Assembly (NCBI GenBank): GCA_036275595.1
Contig: DASUDN010000017.1
Location: 1-41,762 of the forward strand
Reading direction: 5' to 3'
DNA length: 41,762 nt
DNA from: Moraxellaceae bacterium
GTDB taxonomy: Bacteria > Pseudomonadota > Gammaproteobacteria > Pseudomonadales > Moraxellaceae
Shown here: positions 30,371-39,230 of the stretch, one piece after another
Layout of the letters: each line of letters opens with the position of its first letter
Numbering within the stretch: position 1 is the first letter of the stretch
Translations under genes and position numbers: made by a program
The notes under the pieces: model-generated
Seen by the model: only the letters and a program-made list of their open reading frames with translations
Database searches by the model: none
What the model was told of the DNA's origin: nothing

Positions 30371-31606
30371 TCAGCGCGGCGGGTGCTCGAGGTCGCGGTC
30401 GCGCACGCCGAGCAGGTAGAGGATGCCGTCCAGGCCCAGGGTGGAGATGGCCTGCTTGGCGTTCTGCTTGACCAGGGGCTTGGCGCGGAAGGCGATGCCG
30501 AGGCCGGCGATGCCCAGCATGGGCAGGTCGTTGGCGCCGTCGCCCACCGCGATCACCTGCTCCAGGTTCACCCCCTCCTTCTGCGCGATTTCCCGCAGCA
30601 GCTCGGCCTTGCGCTGGCCGTCGACGACGCGGCCGATGACGTTGCCGGTGACCTTGCCGCTCTCGATCTCGAGCTCGTTGGCGTGCACGTAGTCGATGCC
30701 CAGGCGCTGCTGCAGGTAGTGGCCGAAGTAGGTGAAGCCGCCGGAGAGGATGGCGGTCTTGTAACCCAGCGCCTTCAGGGTGCGGATCAGCTGCTCGGCG
30801 CCCTCGGACAGCTGCAGGCGCTCGGCGATGCCGGAGAGCACGGACTCGTCGAGGCCGCGCAGCAGCGCCACGCGCGCCTTGAAGCTCTCGGTGAAGTCGA
30901 GCTCGCCGTTCATGGCGCGCTCGGTGATGGCGGCGACCTCCGCGCCCACGCCCGCGGCCTTGGCCAGCTCGTCGATGACCTCGTGCTGGATCAGCGTGGA
31001 ATCCATGTCGAAGCAGACGATGCGGCGGTTGCGGCGGAAGGCGTTGTCCTGCTGGAAGGCGATGTCGAGCGCCAGCTCGTTGGCCAGGCGCAGGAAGGCG
31101 GCGCGCATGCCCTGGATGTCGCGCGGTTCGCCGCGCACCGAGAACTCGACGCAGGCCTTGCGCGAGGCGTCGGGCAGGGCCTGCTCGTTCTCCAGCGGCA
31201 CGCGCCCGGACAGGCGCTGCAGGCCGTCGATGTTGAGGCCGTTCTCGGCGACCAGGGCCGAGACCGCGGCGATGTGCTCGGCGGTGATCTTGCGCGCCAG
31301 CAGCGTCACGATGTAGCGCGCCTTGCCCTGCCCCGCCACCCAGTGCTGGTAGCTCTCGGCGGTGATGGGCGTGAAGCGCGCGGTCAGGCCCAGGCCGTGG
31401 GCGGCGAACAGCACCGCCTTCATGAGCAGCGCCGACTCGGTTTCCGACGGCGTCTCGATCAGCATGCCCAGGGACAGGTGGTCGTGGATGACCGCCTGGC
31501 TGATGTCCAGGATGTTGACGGAGTGGTCCGCGAGGATGCGGGTCAGGCGGGCGCTGATGCCCGGGCGGTCGGGGCCGGCGATGGTGATGAGGATGATTTC
31601 GCGCAT
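30371..31606 (-). CDS. serB: Phosphoserine phosphatase SerB with N-terminal ACT-like regulatory domains
   Basis: MREIILITIAGPDRPGISARLTRILA (ACT). HAD motifs are CFDMDSTLI (motif I), SGGF (motif II) and GDGANDLPM (motif III). ATG at 31606. Confidence 0.92.
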   Translation of the reverse strand: MREIILITIAGPDRPGISARLTRILADHSVNILDISQAVIHDHLSLGMLIETPSETESALLMKAVLFAAHGLGLTARFTPITAESYQHWVAGQGKARYIVTLLARKITAEHIAAVSALVAENGLNIDGLQRLSGRVPLENEQALPDASRKACVEFSVRGEPRDIQGMRAAFLRLANELALDIAFQQDNAFRRNRRIVCFDMDSTLIQHEVIDELAKAAGVGAEVAAITERAMNGELDFTESFKARVALLRGLDESVLSGIAERLQLSEGAEQLIRTLKALGYKTAILSGGFTYFGHYLQQRLGIDYVHANELEIESGKVTGNVIGRVVDGQRKAELLREIAQKEGVNLEQVIAVGDGANDLPMLGIAGLGIAFRAKPLVKQNAKQAISTLGLDGILYLLGVRDRDLEHPPR

Positions 31607-31632
31607 GCTGGGCTGTTCCGTGAGGTGTCGCG

Positions 31633-31638
31633 ATTGTA
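31633..31638 (-). promoter_or_regulatory. Candidate -10 box (TACAAT) for serB
   Basis: Minus-strand TACAAT followed by CGCG, 26 nt upstream of the serB ATG. No convincing -35. Confidence 0.2.
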
Positions 31639-31694
31639 CCCAAGCCCTGCGCAAAATGCCTGTCCCGGGCGTAGGCCGCCCCCGCCGCCCCCGC

Positions 31695-31700
31695 TATAAT
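31695..31700 (+). promoter_or_regulatory. Candidate -10 box (perfect TATAAT) for the YtjB-like gene
   Basis: TATAAT followed by a CGCGGCC discriminator, 26 nt upstream of the ATG at 31727. No convincing -35. Confidence 0.25.
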
Positions 31701-31726
31701 CGCGGCCATCTCACGGGGACCGGACG

Positions 31727-32869
31727 ATGGCAACGAAGGGAACGGGACGCTGGGCGACCTTGCTGGCCGCCAGTTTTGCGGTACACGTGGCACTGCTGGT
31801 GAACAGCACCGAGACCGCCCTCTGGAACGAGCAGGGCCGCGAGGGCGCCCTCCTCAGCCAGCAGCTGGCCGAGTCGGCGGCCCCCCTGGTGCTCTCCCGG
31901 GACATGGTCAGCCTGTCGGTGCTGGCCAGCCGCTACGACAACCGCCCCGGCATCGCCAGCGTGCGCCTGTACAGCGGCAGCCAGGAGCTGCTCGCCGAGA
32001 CCGGCAACCCGCGCAACGACGGCCGCCTCTTCGCGGCCCGCATGACGCTGCAGCAGCAGGCGCTGGGCCGCGTCGAGCTGCGCATGGACATCCCGCCGCG
32101 CGGCCAGATCGTGCGCGCGGAGATGGGCAACATCGGCCTGTCCGCCCTGCTGCACCTGCTGGTGTTCGGCGCCGGCCTGCTGCTTGCCGGCCGCGCGCCG
32201 GCGCCAGGCACCCGTGGCCTGGGCGCCCGCCCCGCCTCCCCGGCCCGCCCCGTGGCCGCGCCGGTGCCGCCCGCGGCCCCCGCCGCGCCCGCGGTGGCTC
32301 CCGCCAACCCGGGCGTCAGCCTGCTGCACCTGGCCATCGACGACCCCAACAGCCTGCTCACGCGCATCAGCGCCTCCCTGGCCGATGAGATGCTGGAGCT
32401 GTTCGACCAGTTCATCGATCGCGCGGCGCGCGTCTACGGTGGTGAGGTGACGGCCCCGTTCAGCCCGGCCGGCGTGCTGGTGCGCTTCCGCAACGAGGAC
32501 GCCCAGGAGCGCGAGTTCCATGCCCTGGCCGCGGCCGCCCTCTTCCTGCAGCTGGTGCAGGATGCCAGCGAGGAGCGCACCCAGCACAACCAGCTCTGCC
32601 TGGGCGCCAAGGCCGGCGTGCTGCAGGGCGAGGACGCGCCGGAGATCGCCGCCGTGCTGGCCCACACCGCGCCCGCCGGCCGCATCCTGACCAGCCTGCC
32701 GCAGGCACCGGTGTCCGACTTCTGCCGCCTGGGCACGGCCTATCAGCTCGCCGTCGCCGAGGGCGAGGTTCGCCCCGCCGCCGTGGTGGAGGAGTTCGCG
32801 CCGGAATACCGCCAGCTCATCGCCAACCAGAGCCAGCAGATCCTGCTGCCCGCCGGCGACGACGACTGA
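31727..32869 (+). CDS. AhpA/YtjB (Smp)-family membrane protein with a ~185-aa C-terminal extension
   Basis: It is divergent from serB, exactly as ytjB(smp) is in E. coli. The N-terminal ~165 aa have the Smp layout: TM1 (WATLLAASFAVHVALLV), a periplasmic-type domain (LSQQLAESAAPLVL...VRLYSGSQELLAETG...LGRVELRMD), and TM2 (LSALLHLLVFGAGLLLAG). A Pro/Ala-rich linker and an extra domain follow (see findings). Confidence 0.75.
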   Translation: MATKGTGRWATLLAASFAVHVALLVNSTETALWNEQGREGALLSQQLAESAAPLVLSRDMVSLSVLASRYDNRPGIASVRLYSGSQELLAETGNPRNDGRLFAARMTLQQQALGRVELRMDIPPRGQIVRAEMGNIGLSALLHLLVFGAGLLLAGRAPAPGTRGLGARPASPARPVAAPVPPAAPAAPAVAPANPGVSLLHLAIDDPNSLLTRISASLADEMLELFDQFIDRAARVYGGEVTAPFSPAGVLVRFRNEDAQEREFHALAAAALFLQLVQDASEERTQHNQLCLGAKAGVLQGEDAPEIAAVLAHTAPAGRILTSLPQAPVSDFCRLGTAYQLAVAEGEVRPAAVVEEFAPEYRQLIANQSQQILLPAGDDD

Positions 32870-32941
32870 AAGGAGTCCCCTTGCGGGGCGACTGAAAGGA
32901 GTCCCCCTGCGGGGCGACTGAAAGGAGTCCCCCTCTTCGGG
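32864..32941 (+). repeat. Three tandem copies of a 26-nt unit, GACTGAAAGGAGTCCCC(T/C)TGCGGGGC
   Basis: Copies lie at 32864-32889, 32890-32915 (1 mismatch) and 32916-32941 (3' third diverged: ...CCCCCTCTTCGGG). Copy 1 contains the TGA stop of the YtjB-like gene. Each unit carries AAGGAG and can form AGTCCCC-ttgc-GGGGcGACT hairpins across unit junctions. Confidence 0.85.
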
Positions 32942-32976
32942 ACGACCGACGCCGCGGGCTCATCGCCACGGGAATG

Positions 32977-33004
32977 AAAAAGGCCGGCAATCGCCGGCCT
33001 TTTT
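32977..33004. terminator. Bidirectional intrinsic terminator between the YtjB-like gene and parC
   Basis: AAAAA-GGCCGGC-aatc-GCCGGCC-TTTTT. The full palindrome ATGAAAAAGGCCGGC/GCCGGCCTTTTTCAT spans 32974-33007. Confidence 0.8.
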
Positions 33005-33021
33005 CATTCGGGGCACCCCGC

Positions 33022-35262
33022 TCAGGCGTCGATGCGCATGCCATCCACCTTCTGGAAGCCGCGCGGCAATTTGGCGCCGCGACGGCCGCGCTCGCCGCGG
33101 TAGACCTCGAGGTCGGCGGCCTTGAGCGTGACATGGCGGCTGCCCGCCACCACGGTGAGCTTCTGCCCCGGGCGCAGCACCTGGATCGCAAGCACCGTCT
33201 CGCCCTCGTCGGGAGCGATGTTCATGAGCTTGTTGCCCTTGCCCTTGGCCAGCTGCGGCAGGTCCTTGACCGGGAACACCAGCAGGCGGCCCTCGGTGGA
33301 CAGCACGGCCAGCAGGTCCTCCTCGCGGTTGTGCACCAGCACCGGCGTGAGCACGGTGGCGCCGTCCGGCGCATTGAGCACGGCCTTGCCGTTCTTGTTG
33401 CCGGCCTCGAGGTCACCCAGGGTGGCGACGAAGCCGTAGCTGGCGCTGGAGGCCATGACCACGAGGGCATGGTTCTCGCCCATCAGCACCCCGCGGAAGG
33501 TCGCGCCCGGCGGCGGGTTCACCTTGCCGGAGAGCGGTTCGCCCTGACCGCGCGCGGAGGGCAGCGCGCTCGCCAGCAGCGAATAGCTGCGCCCGGTGGA
33601 GTCGATGAAGTGGGCCATCTGGTTGCTGCGGCCCTCGGCCTTGGCGAAATAGCTGTCGCCGGCCTTGTAGGAGAGGCCGGCGGCATCCACCTCGTGGCCC
33701 TTGGCCTGGCGCACCCAGCCCTTCTCGGACAGCACCACGGTACAGGGCTCGCTGGGGGTGAGCTCGGTCTCGGACAGGGCCTGGGCCTCCTTGCGCTGCA
33801 CGATGGGCGAGCGGCGCTCGTCGCCGTACTTCTCCATGTCCTCGGTGAATTCCTTCACCAGCAGCTTCTTCATTTCCTGGTGCGAGCCCAGGGTCTTCTC
33901 CAGGCCCTTGCGCTCGGCGGCCAGCTCGTCCTGCTCGCCGCGGATCTTCATTTCCTCGAGCTTGGCCAGGTGGCGCAGCTTGAGCTCGAGGATGGCCTCG
34001 GCCTGGATGTCGGAGATGCCGAAGCGCTCCATCAGCACCGGCTTGGGCTTGTCCTCCTCGCGAATGATGCGGATGACCTCGTCGATGTTGAGGAAGGCGA
34101 TGAGCAGGCCGTCGAGGATGTGCAGGCGGTCGATCACCTTGTCGAGGCGGTGCTGCAGGCGACGGCGCACCGTCAGCAGGCGGAACTCCAGCCACTCGGT
34201 CAGGAAGTCCATCAGCGGCTTGACCTGCGGACGCCCGTCGAGGCCGATCACGTTCATGTTGACGCGATAGGTGGTCTCGAGGTCGGTGGTGGCGAACAGG
34301 TGGTTCATCAGCTGTTCGACGTCGACGCGGTTGGAGCGCGGCACGATGACCAGGCGCGTCGGGTTCTCGTGGTCGGACTCGTCGCGCAGGTCCTGCACCA
34401 GCGGCAGCTTCTTGGCCTGCATCTGCTCGGCGATCTGCGTCAGGATCTTGGCACCCGACACCTGGTACGGCAGCGCGGTGACGACGATGTCGCCGTCCTC
34501 CACCTCGTACACGGCGCGCATGCGCAGGCTGCCGCGGCCGGTGGCGTACATATTGACCAGCTCGTGGCGCGGTGTGATCAGCTCGGCGCGGGTGGGGAAG
34601 TCCGGGCCCGGCACGATCTCGCACAGCTCGTCCAGCGAGATGCCCGGATCCTGCAGCATGGCGATGCAGGCGCGCGCGACCTCCTTGAGGTTGTGCGGCG
34701 GCACGTCGGTGGCCATGCCCACGGCGATGCCCGTGGTACCGTTCAGCAGCAGGTTGGGCAGGCGCGCCGGCAGCACCTTGGGTTCTTCCAGGGTGCCGTC
34801 GAAGTTGGGCTGCCAGTCGACGGTGCCCTGCTCCAGTTCGGACAGCAGGACCTCGGCATAGGGCGACAGGCGCGACTCGGTGTAGCGCATGGCGGCGAAG
34901 GACTTGGGGTCGTCCGGCGAGCCCCAGTTGCCCTGGCCGTCCACCAGCGGGTAGCGGTAGCTGAAGGGCTGGGCCATCAGCACCATGGCCTCGTAACAGG
35001 CGCTGTCGCCGTGCGGGTGGTATTTACCCAGCACGTCACCGACGGTGCGCGCGGATTTCTTGTACTTGGCCGTGTTCTTGAGCCCTAGCTCGCTCATCGC
35101 GTAGACGATGCGGCGCTGCACGGGCTTGAGGCCGTCGCCGATATGCGGCAGGGCGCGGTCCATGATCACGTACATGGAGTAGTTGAGGTAGGCCTGCTCG
35201 GTGAAGGCCGACAGCGGGCGGCGCTCGCTGCCGTCGAAGTCCAGGTCCATAGAATCAGTCAT
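33022..35262 (-). CDS. parC: DNA topoisomerase IV subunit A
   Basis: [53 protein letters not shown], and the catalytic-Tyr region [10 protein letters not shown]. It is adjacent to parE and, at 746 aa, shorter than GyrA. Confidence 0.95.
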   Translation of the reverse strand: MTDSMDLDFDGSERRPLSAFTEQAYLNYSMYVIMDRALPHIGDGLKPVQRRIVYAMSELGLKNTAKYKKSARTVGDVLGKYHPHGDSACYEAMVLMAQPFSYRYPLVDGQGNWGSPDDPKSFAAMRYTESRLSPYAEVLLSELEQGTVDWQPNFDGTLEEPKVLPARLPNLLLNGTTGIAVGMATDVPPHNLKEVARACIAMLQDPGISLDELCEIVPGPDFPTRAELITPRHELVNMYATGRGSLRMRAVYEVEDGDIVVTALPYQVSGAKILTQIAEQMQAKKLPLVQDLRDESDHENPTRLVIVPRSNRVDVEQLMNHLFATTDLETTYRVNMNVIGLDGRPQVKPLMDFLTEWLEFRLLTVRRRLQHRLDKVIDRLHILDGLLIAFLNIDEVIRIIREEDKPKPVLMERFGISDIQAEAILELKLRHLAKLEEMKIRGEQDELAAERKGLEKTLGSHQEMKKLLVKEFTEDMEKYGDERRSPIVQRKEAQALSETELTPSEPCTVVLSEKGWVRQAKGHEVDAAGLSYKAGDSYFAKAEGRSNQMAHFIDSTGRSYSLLASALPSARGQGEPLSGKVNPPPGATFRGVLMGENHALVVMASSASYGFVATLGDLEAGNKNGKAVLNAPDGATVLTPVLVHNREEDLLAVLSTEGRLLVFPVKDLPQLAKGKGNKLMNIAPDEGETVLAIQVLRPGQKLTVVAGSRHVTLKAADLEVYRGERGRRGAKLPRGFQKVDGMRIDA

Positions 35263-35300
35263 GTCGAATACCGGAATCAGTTAACGCGGACGGCGGGCCG

Positions 35301-37193
35301 TCACACTTCCACTTCGGCCAGGTTGCCCTTGGTCTCGAGCCAGGTCTTGCGGTCGCCGGCGCGCTTCTTGGCGAGCAGCATGTCCATCACGTCATGGGTC
35401 TGCTTCTCGTCGTCCAGCACCAGCTTGACCAGGCGGCGGGTGTCCGGCGCCATGGTGGTCTCGCGCAGCTGCAGCGGGTTCATCTCACCCAGGCCCTTGA
35501 AGCGCTGCACGTTGGGCTTGCCCTTCTTCTTCTCGGATTCCAGGCGGTCCAGGATCCCGCGCTTCTCGTCCTCGTCGAGGGCGTAGTAGACCTCCTTGCC
35601 GAGGTCGATGCGGTACAGCGGCGGCATCGCCACGTAGACGTGGCCACGCTCCACCAGCGGGCGGAAGTGGCGCACGAAGAGCGCGCACAGCAGGGTGGCG
35701 ATGTGCAGGCCGTCGGAGTCGGCGTCGGCAAGGATGCAGATCTTGCCGTAGCGCAGGCCCTCGAGGTTGTCGGAGGCCGGGTCGACGCCGATGGCCACGG
35801 CGATGTCGTGCACTTCCTGGGAGGCGAGGATCTCGCCGGAGTCCACCTCCCAGGTATTGAGGATCTTGCCGCGCAGCGGCATCACCGCCTGGAACTCGCG
35901 GTCGCGCGCCTGCTTGGCGGAGCCGCCGGCGGAGTCGCCTTCCACCAGGAAGAGCTCGGAGCGGGTGATGTCGGAGCCGGAGCAGTCGGCCAGCTTGCCC
36001 GGCAGCGCGGGGCCGGCGGTGACCTTCTTGCGCGCCACCTGCTTGCTCTGGCGCAGGCGCTTCTGGGCGTTGCTGATGGCGAGCTCGGCGAGCTGCTCGG
36101 CGATGTCGGTGTGCTGGTTCAGGTAGAGCGAGAAGGCGTCCTTGGCCACGCCGGAGACGAAGCTCGCGGATTCGCGCGAGGACAGGCGCTCCTTGGTCTG
36201 GCCGGCGAACTGCGGGTCCTGCATCTTCAGCGAGAGCACGAAGGAGCAGCGGTCCCAGACGTCCTCGGGCGAGAGCTTGATGCCGCGCGGCAGGAGGTTG
36301 CGGAATTCGCAGAACTCGCGCAGCGCCTCCAGCAGGCCGGTGCGCAGGCCGTTGACGTGGGTGCCGCCCTGCGCGGTGGGAATCAGGTTCACATACGATT
36401 CCTGCACCAGCTCGCCACCCTCCGGCAGCCACTGCACCGCCCAGTCCACTGCCTCGATCTTGCCGGCGAAGGCGCCGATGAAGGGCTCCTCGGGCAGCGT
36501 GACGTACTCTCGGTTGGCATCCTTTAGGTAGTCCTTGAGGCCGTCCTCGTAGAACCAGGTCTCGGTCTCGCCGGAGGCCTCGTCGGTGAACACCACCGTC
36601 AGGCGCGGGCACAGCACGGCCTTGGCCTTGAGCACGTGCTTGAGGCGGCTCACCGAGAACTTGGGGCTGTCGAAGTATTTCTCGTCCGCCCAGAAGCGCA
36701 CCGTGGTGCCGGTCTGCTTCTTCGGCGCGCTGTCGATGGTCTTGAGCTGCGTGGCGGCGTCGCCGTCGCGGAACTCCTGCTGGTAGACGTTGCCGTCGCG
36801 CTTGACCGTGACGATGAGGTGCTTCGAGAGCGCATTCACCACCGACACACCGACGCCGTGCAGGCCGCCGGAGAACTGGTAGTTCTTGTTGGAGAACTTG
36901 CCGCCCGCGTGCAGGCGCGTGAGGATGAGCTCGACGCCGGAGACCTTGTGCTCGGGGTGGATGTCCACCGGCATGCCGCGGCCGTCGTCGGTCACGGACA
37001 GCGAGCCGTCCTTGTAGAGCACGACCTCGATGCGCGTGGCATAGCCGCCGAGCGCCTCGTCGACGGAGTTGTCGATGACTTCCTGGGCAAGATGGTTCGG
37101 ACGCTGGGTGTCCGTGTACATGCCAGGGCGCTTCTTCACCGGGTCCAGGCCCGAAAGCACCTCGATGGCGGAGGCGTTGTAATTGTTGCTCAT
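35301..37193 (-). CDS. parE: DNA topoisomerase IV subunit B
   Basis: YNASAIEVLSGLDPVKKRPGMYTD, NSVDEALGG, GGLHGVGVSVVNALS, the Toprim motif LFLVEGDSAGGSAKQ, and PLRGKILN. The ATG at 37193 overlaps the yqiA stop (ATGA). Confidence 0.95.
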   Translation of the reverse strand: MSNNYNASAIEVLSGLDPVKKRPGMYTDTQRPNHLAQEVIDNSVDEALGGYATRIEVVLYKDGSLSVTDDGRGMPVDIHPEHKVSGVELILTRLHAGGKFSNKNYQFSGGLHGVGVSVVNALSKHLIVTVKRDGNVYQQEFRDGDAATQLKTIDSAPKKQTGTTVRFWADEKYFDSPKFSVSRLKHVLKAKAVLCPRLTVVFTDEASGETETWFYEDGLKDYLKDANREYVTLPEEPFIGAFAGKIEAVDWAVQWLPEGGELVQESYVNLIPTAQGGTHVNGLRTGLLEALREFCEFRNLLPRGIKLSPEDVWDRCSFVLSLKMQDPQFAGQTKERLSSRESASFVSGVAKDAFSLYLNQHTDIAEQLAELAISNAQKRLRQSKQVARKKVTAGPALPGKLADCSGSDITRSELFLVEGDSAGGSAKQARDREFQAVMPLRGKILNTWEVDSGEILASQEVHDIAVAIGVDPASDNLEGLRYGKICILADADSDGLHIATLLCALFVRHFRPLVERGHVYVAMPPLYRIDLGKEVYYALDEDEKRGILDRLESEKKKGKPNVQRFKGLGEMNPLQLRETTMAPDTRRLVKLVLDDEKQTHDVMDMLLAKKRAGDRKTWLETKGNLAEVEV

Positions 37194-37765
37194 ACGGTCT
37201 TCTTGCTGAGGAATTCCCAAATCGCCGGCAGCTTGTCCACGAAGCCCTCGTAGGCATGGCTGCCGCCCGGCGTTATATCAAGGTGGCTGTCCGCGTAGAA
37301 CCGTTCGGCCAGCCGGTAATCCAGGGTCTCGTCGCCGGTTTCCAGCAGCACCCACAGGCGCTCCGGATAGGGCGGGCGGACCTCCATGTGCTCCAGCCAG
37401 CGGAAGTGCCCCGGCGTCACCATGGACACCAGGTGCGTGTAGTAGTTGCGCTGCAGGCCGATGTAGTGGCGCATCACCCGGTGCGGATGCACCGCGGGAT
37501 TCACCAGCACCGCGCGCAGGCCGTGGCGAGCCGCAAGGATATTCGCATAAAAGCCGCCAAGCGAGCTGCCAATGACCCCCGGCGTCGTACTACACGCCTC
37601 CAGGGTCGATTCCAGCAGGCCCAGCGCCGGCACCGGGTCGACCGGCAGGGCCGGGGCATGCACGTGGATGTCGGGATGGTGCTCGCGCGCCCAGGCCACC
37701 AGCTGCCGCGCCTTCAGCGACTGGGGCGAGCTCAGGAAGCCGTGGATGTAGATCAGGTCCTTCAT
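37190..37765 (-). CDS. yqiA: YqiA-family esterase (alpha/beta hydrolase, UPF0227)
   Basis: MKDLIYIHGFLSSPQSLKA...VIGSSLGGFYA (GxSxG)...TGDETLDY. It sits between cpdA and parE, as in E. coli. ATG at 37765. Confidence 0.85.
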   Translation of the reverse strand: MKDLIYIHGFLSSPQSLKARQLVAWAREHHPDIHVHAPALPVDPVPALGLLESTLEACSTTPGVIGSSLGGFYANILAARHGLRAVLVNPAVHPHRVMRHYIGLQRNYYTHLVSMVTPGHFRWLEHMEVRPPYPERLWVLLETGDETLDYRLAERFYADSHLDITPGGSHAYEGFVDKLPAIWEFLSKKTV

Positions 37766-37838
37766 AAGCAGGGCCGGCGCCGGGCGGCCGGCGTGCCGTT
37801 GCGGGAGAAAGCCTTCAGGGTAGCAGCGGAACGCGGGC

Positions 37839-38657
37839 TCAGTAGCCCTTGGACGCGGTGTCCACCTCGAAGGCGACGCCGGTGACGCGGGACACCCCGG
37901 TCTCGAGGCGGCCGTCCGGGTAGAGATCCAGCCAGCGGTAGCCGGGGGCCACGGCATCGATGGCGAAGTCGCGGCTCTGCGGCTTGAACTGCACGCAGGT
38001 GGAGGGCACGGACATCAGGCGCACACCGCGGCGCAGGGTGTCCGAGGCCTGGTGCACATGGCCCCAGAGGACAGCGCGGACGTGGTCGTGGCGGTCCATG
38101 ATGGACCAGAACTCGGTGGCGTTCTTGACCACCTGGTTGTCCAGCCAGTCGCAGCCCATGGGCAGGGGATGGTGGTGCAGGCAGACCAGGACGGGATGGC
38201 CCCGGCTCTGGTCCAGGGCGCGGGCGAGGAAATCCAGCTCGGTAGGCTGGAAATAACCCGGCACCTCGTGCTCCACGCTGGAGTTGAGCATGACGATGCG
38301 CCAGTTGCCGAGGGCGACCAGGCAGGGACTGAGGTGGCTGGCCCCGCCCAGGGTATTGACCATGGGCTCGGTAAGGTCATGGTTGCCCTGCAGCCAGTAG
38401 CTGGGGGCCTTGAACTGCTCGAGGTGCTGGCGGAAGCGGCGATAGGACTCCGGCGAGCCGTCCTGCGAGAGGTCGCCGGTCGCGAGAATCACGTCGATCC
38501 GGGGTTGTTCCCGGGCGATGAGGTGCAGGACGTGCAGGAGGCTGCCTTCCGTGTTCAGCCCGAGGAGCTTGCCTTCCGTGCTGCCGAAGAGATGGCAGTC
38601 GGAGATTTGCACCACGCGCAGCGGGCTCTGCTCACTCTCAGTCAAGATACCGTCCAT
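37839..38657 (-). CDS. cpdA: 3',5'-cyclic-AMP phosphodiesterase CpdA (calcineurin-like metallophosphoesterase)
   Basis: VVQISDCHL, ATGDLSQDG, LQGNHD, LHHHP, GHVHQ: the full class III PDE metal-binding set. Confidence 0.9.
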   Translation of the reverse strand: MDGILTESEQSPLRVVQISDCHLFGSTEGKLLGLNTEGSLLHVLHLIAREQPRIDVILATGDLSQDGSPESYRRFRQHLEQFKAPSYWLQGNHDLTEPMVNTLGGASHLSPCLVALGNWRIVMLNSSVEHEVPGYFQPTELDFLARALDQSRGHPVLVCLHHHPLPMGCDWLDNQVVKNATEFWSIMDRHDHVRAVLWGHVHQASDTLRRGVRLMSVPSTCVQFKPQSRDFAIDAVAPGYRWLDLYPDGRLETGVSRVTGVAFEVDTASKGY

Positions 38658-38714
38658 AGAATTGGGGCTTCCCGCGAATGTAACTTAATCCCGGCGGGCT
38701 TTTCCAGAATACGG

Positions 38715-39230
38715 TCACAGTACCGGACTCAGTCCCCCCGGCCTCCCGACAGGCAGCGTCCAGTCCGCATACCCCTCCCGCAGGCAGTGGTCCAGGCACT
38801 CGGCCAGGAACTCGTTCACCTGGGTCTTCTCGTCCCTCCCCTGCATGGAGGGGTTGGGGTAGCGGTTGCGGGCCGGGATGCGGCGGGCGCGCTGGAAGCG
38901 CAGGACCTCGGCCAGCTCCACGTCGTGGTAGATGCGGACCTCCATGTCCAGGCGCGGGCACCAGGGCAGGCGCATGGTGGACAGGTGCAGCTCCAGGGTG
39001 TCGGTATAGACCGAGCGCCCGGTCACCCGGACCTCGAGCAGGGCCGGCTCGGGACCCGGCTGGTCCCAGTGGAAGCGGTAGTGGTCCTGGGCGCCGGGCT
39101 CCGGCAGCAGGCGGCGCAGGCGGCCGTAGTTGAGGGCACAGACGGTCTGCAGGTGCTGCAGGTCGACGGTATAGCGCAGGGCGGCACCCCGTCCGTCCGC
39201 GCCGCGCCGGGCCAGGCCGCGGGGCTTCAC
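38715..39230 (-). CDS. DUF1249-family protein (YqiB-like)
   Basis: CALNYGRLRRLLP...VYTDTLELH...LPWCPRLDMEVRIYHDVELAEV. It sits between nudF and cpdA, as in E. coli. I place the start at GTG 39230 because it overlaps the nudF stop as GTGA. The track's ATG at 39278 would overlap nudF by 52 nt. Confidence 0.7.
   Translation of the reverse strand: MKPRGLARRGADGRGAALRYTVDLQHLQTVCALNYGRLRRLLPEPGAQDHYRFHWDQPGPEPALLEVRVTGRSVYTDTLELHLSTMRLPWCPRLDMEVRIYHDVELAEVLRFQRARRIPARNRYPNPSMQGRDEKTQVNEFLAECLDHCLREGYADWTLPVGRPGGLSPVL

Noticed and set aside
32864-32941. Possible CRISPR array.
   Set aside because: The three 26-nt units are directly adjacent with no spacers. There are no cas genes, and the third copy degenerates. 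I call it a tandem repeat instead.
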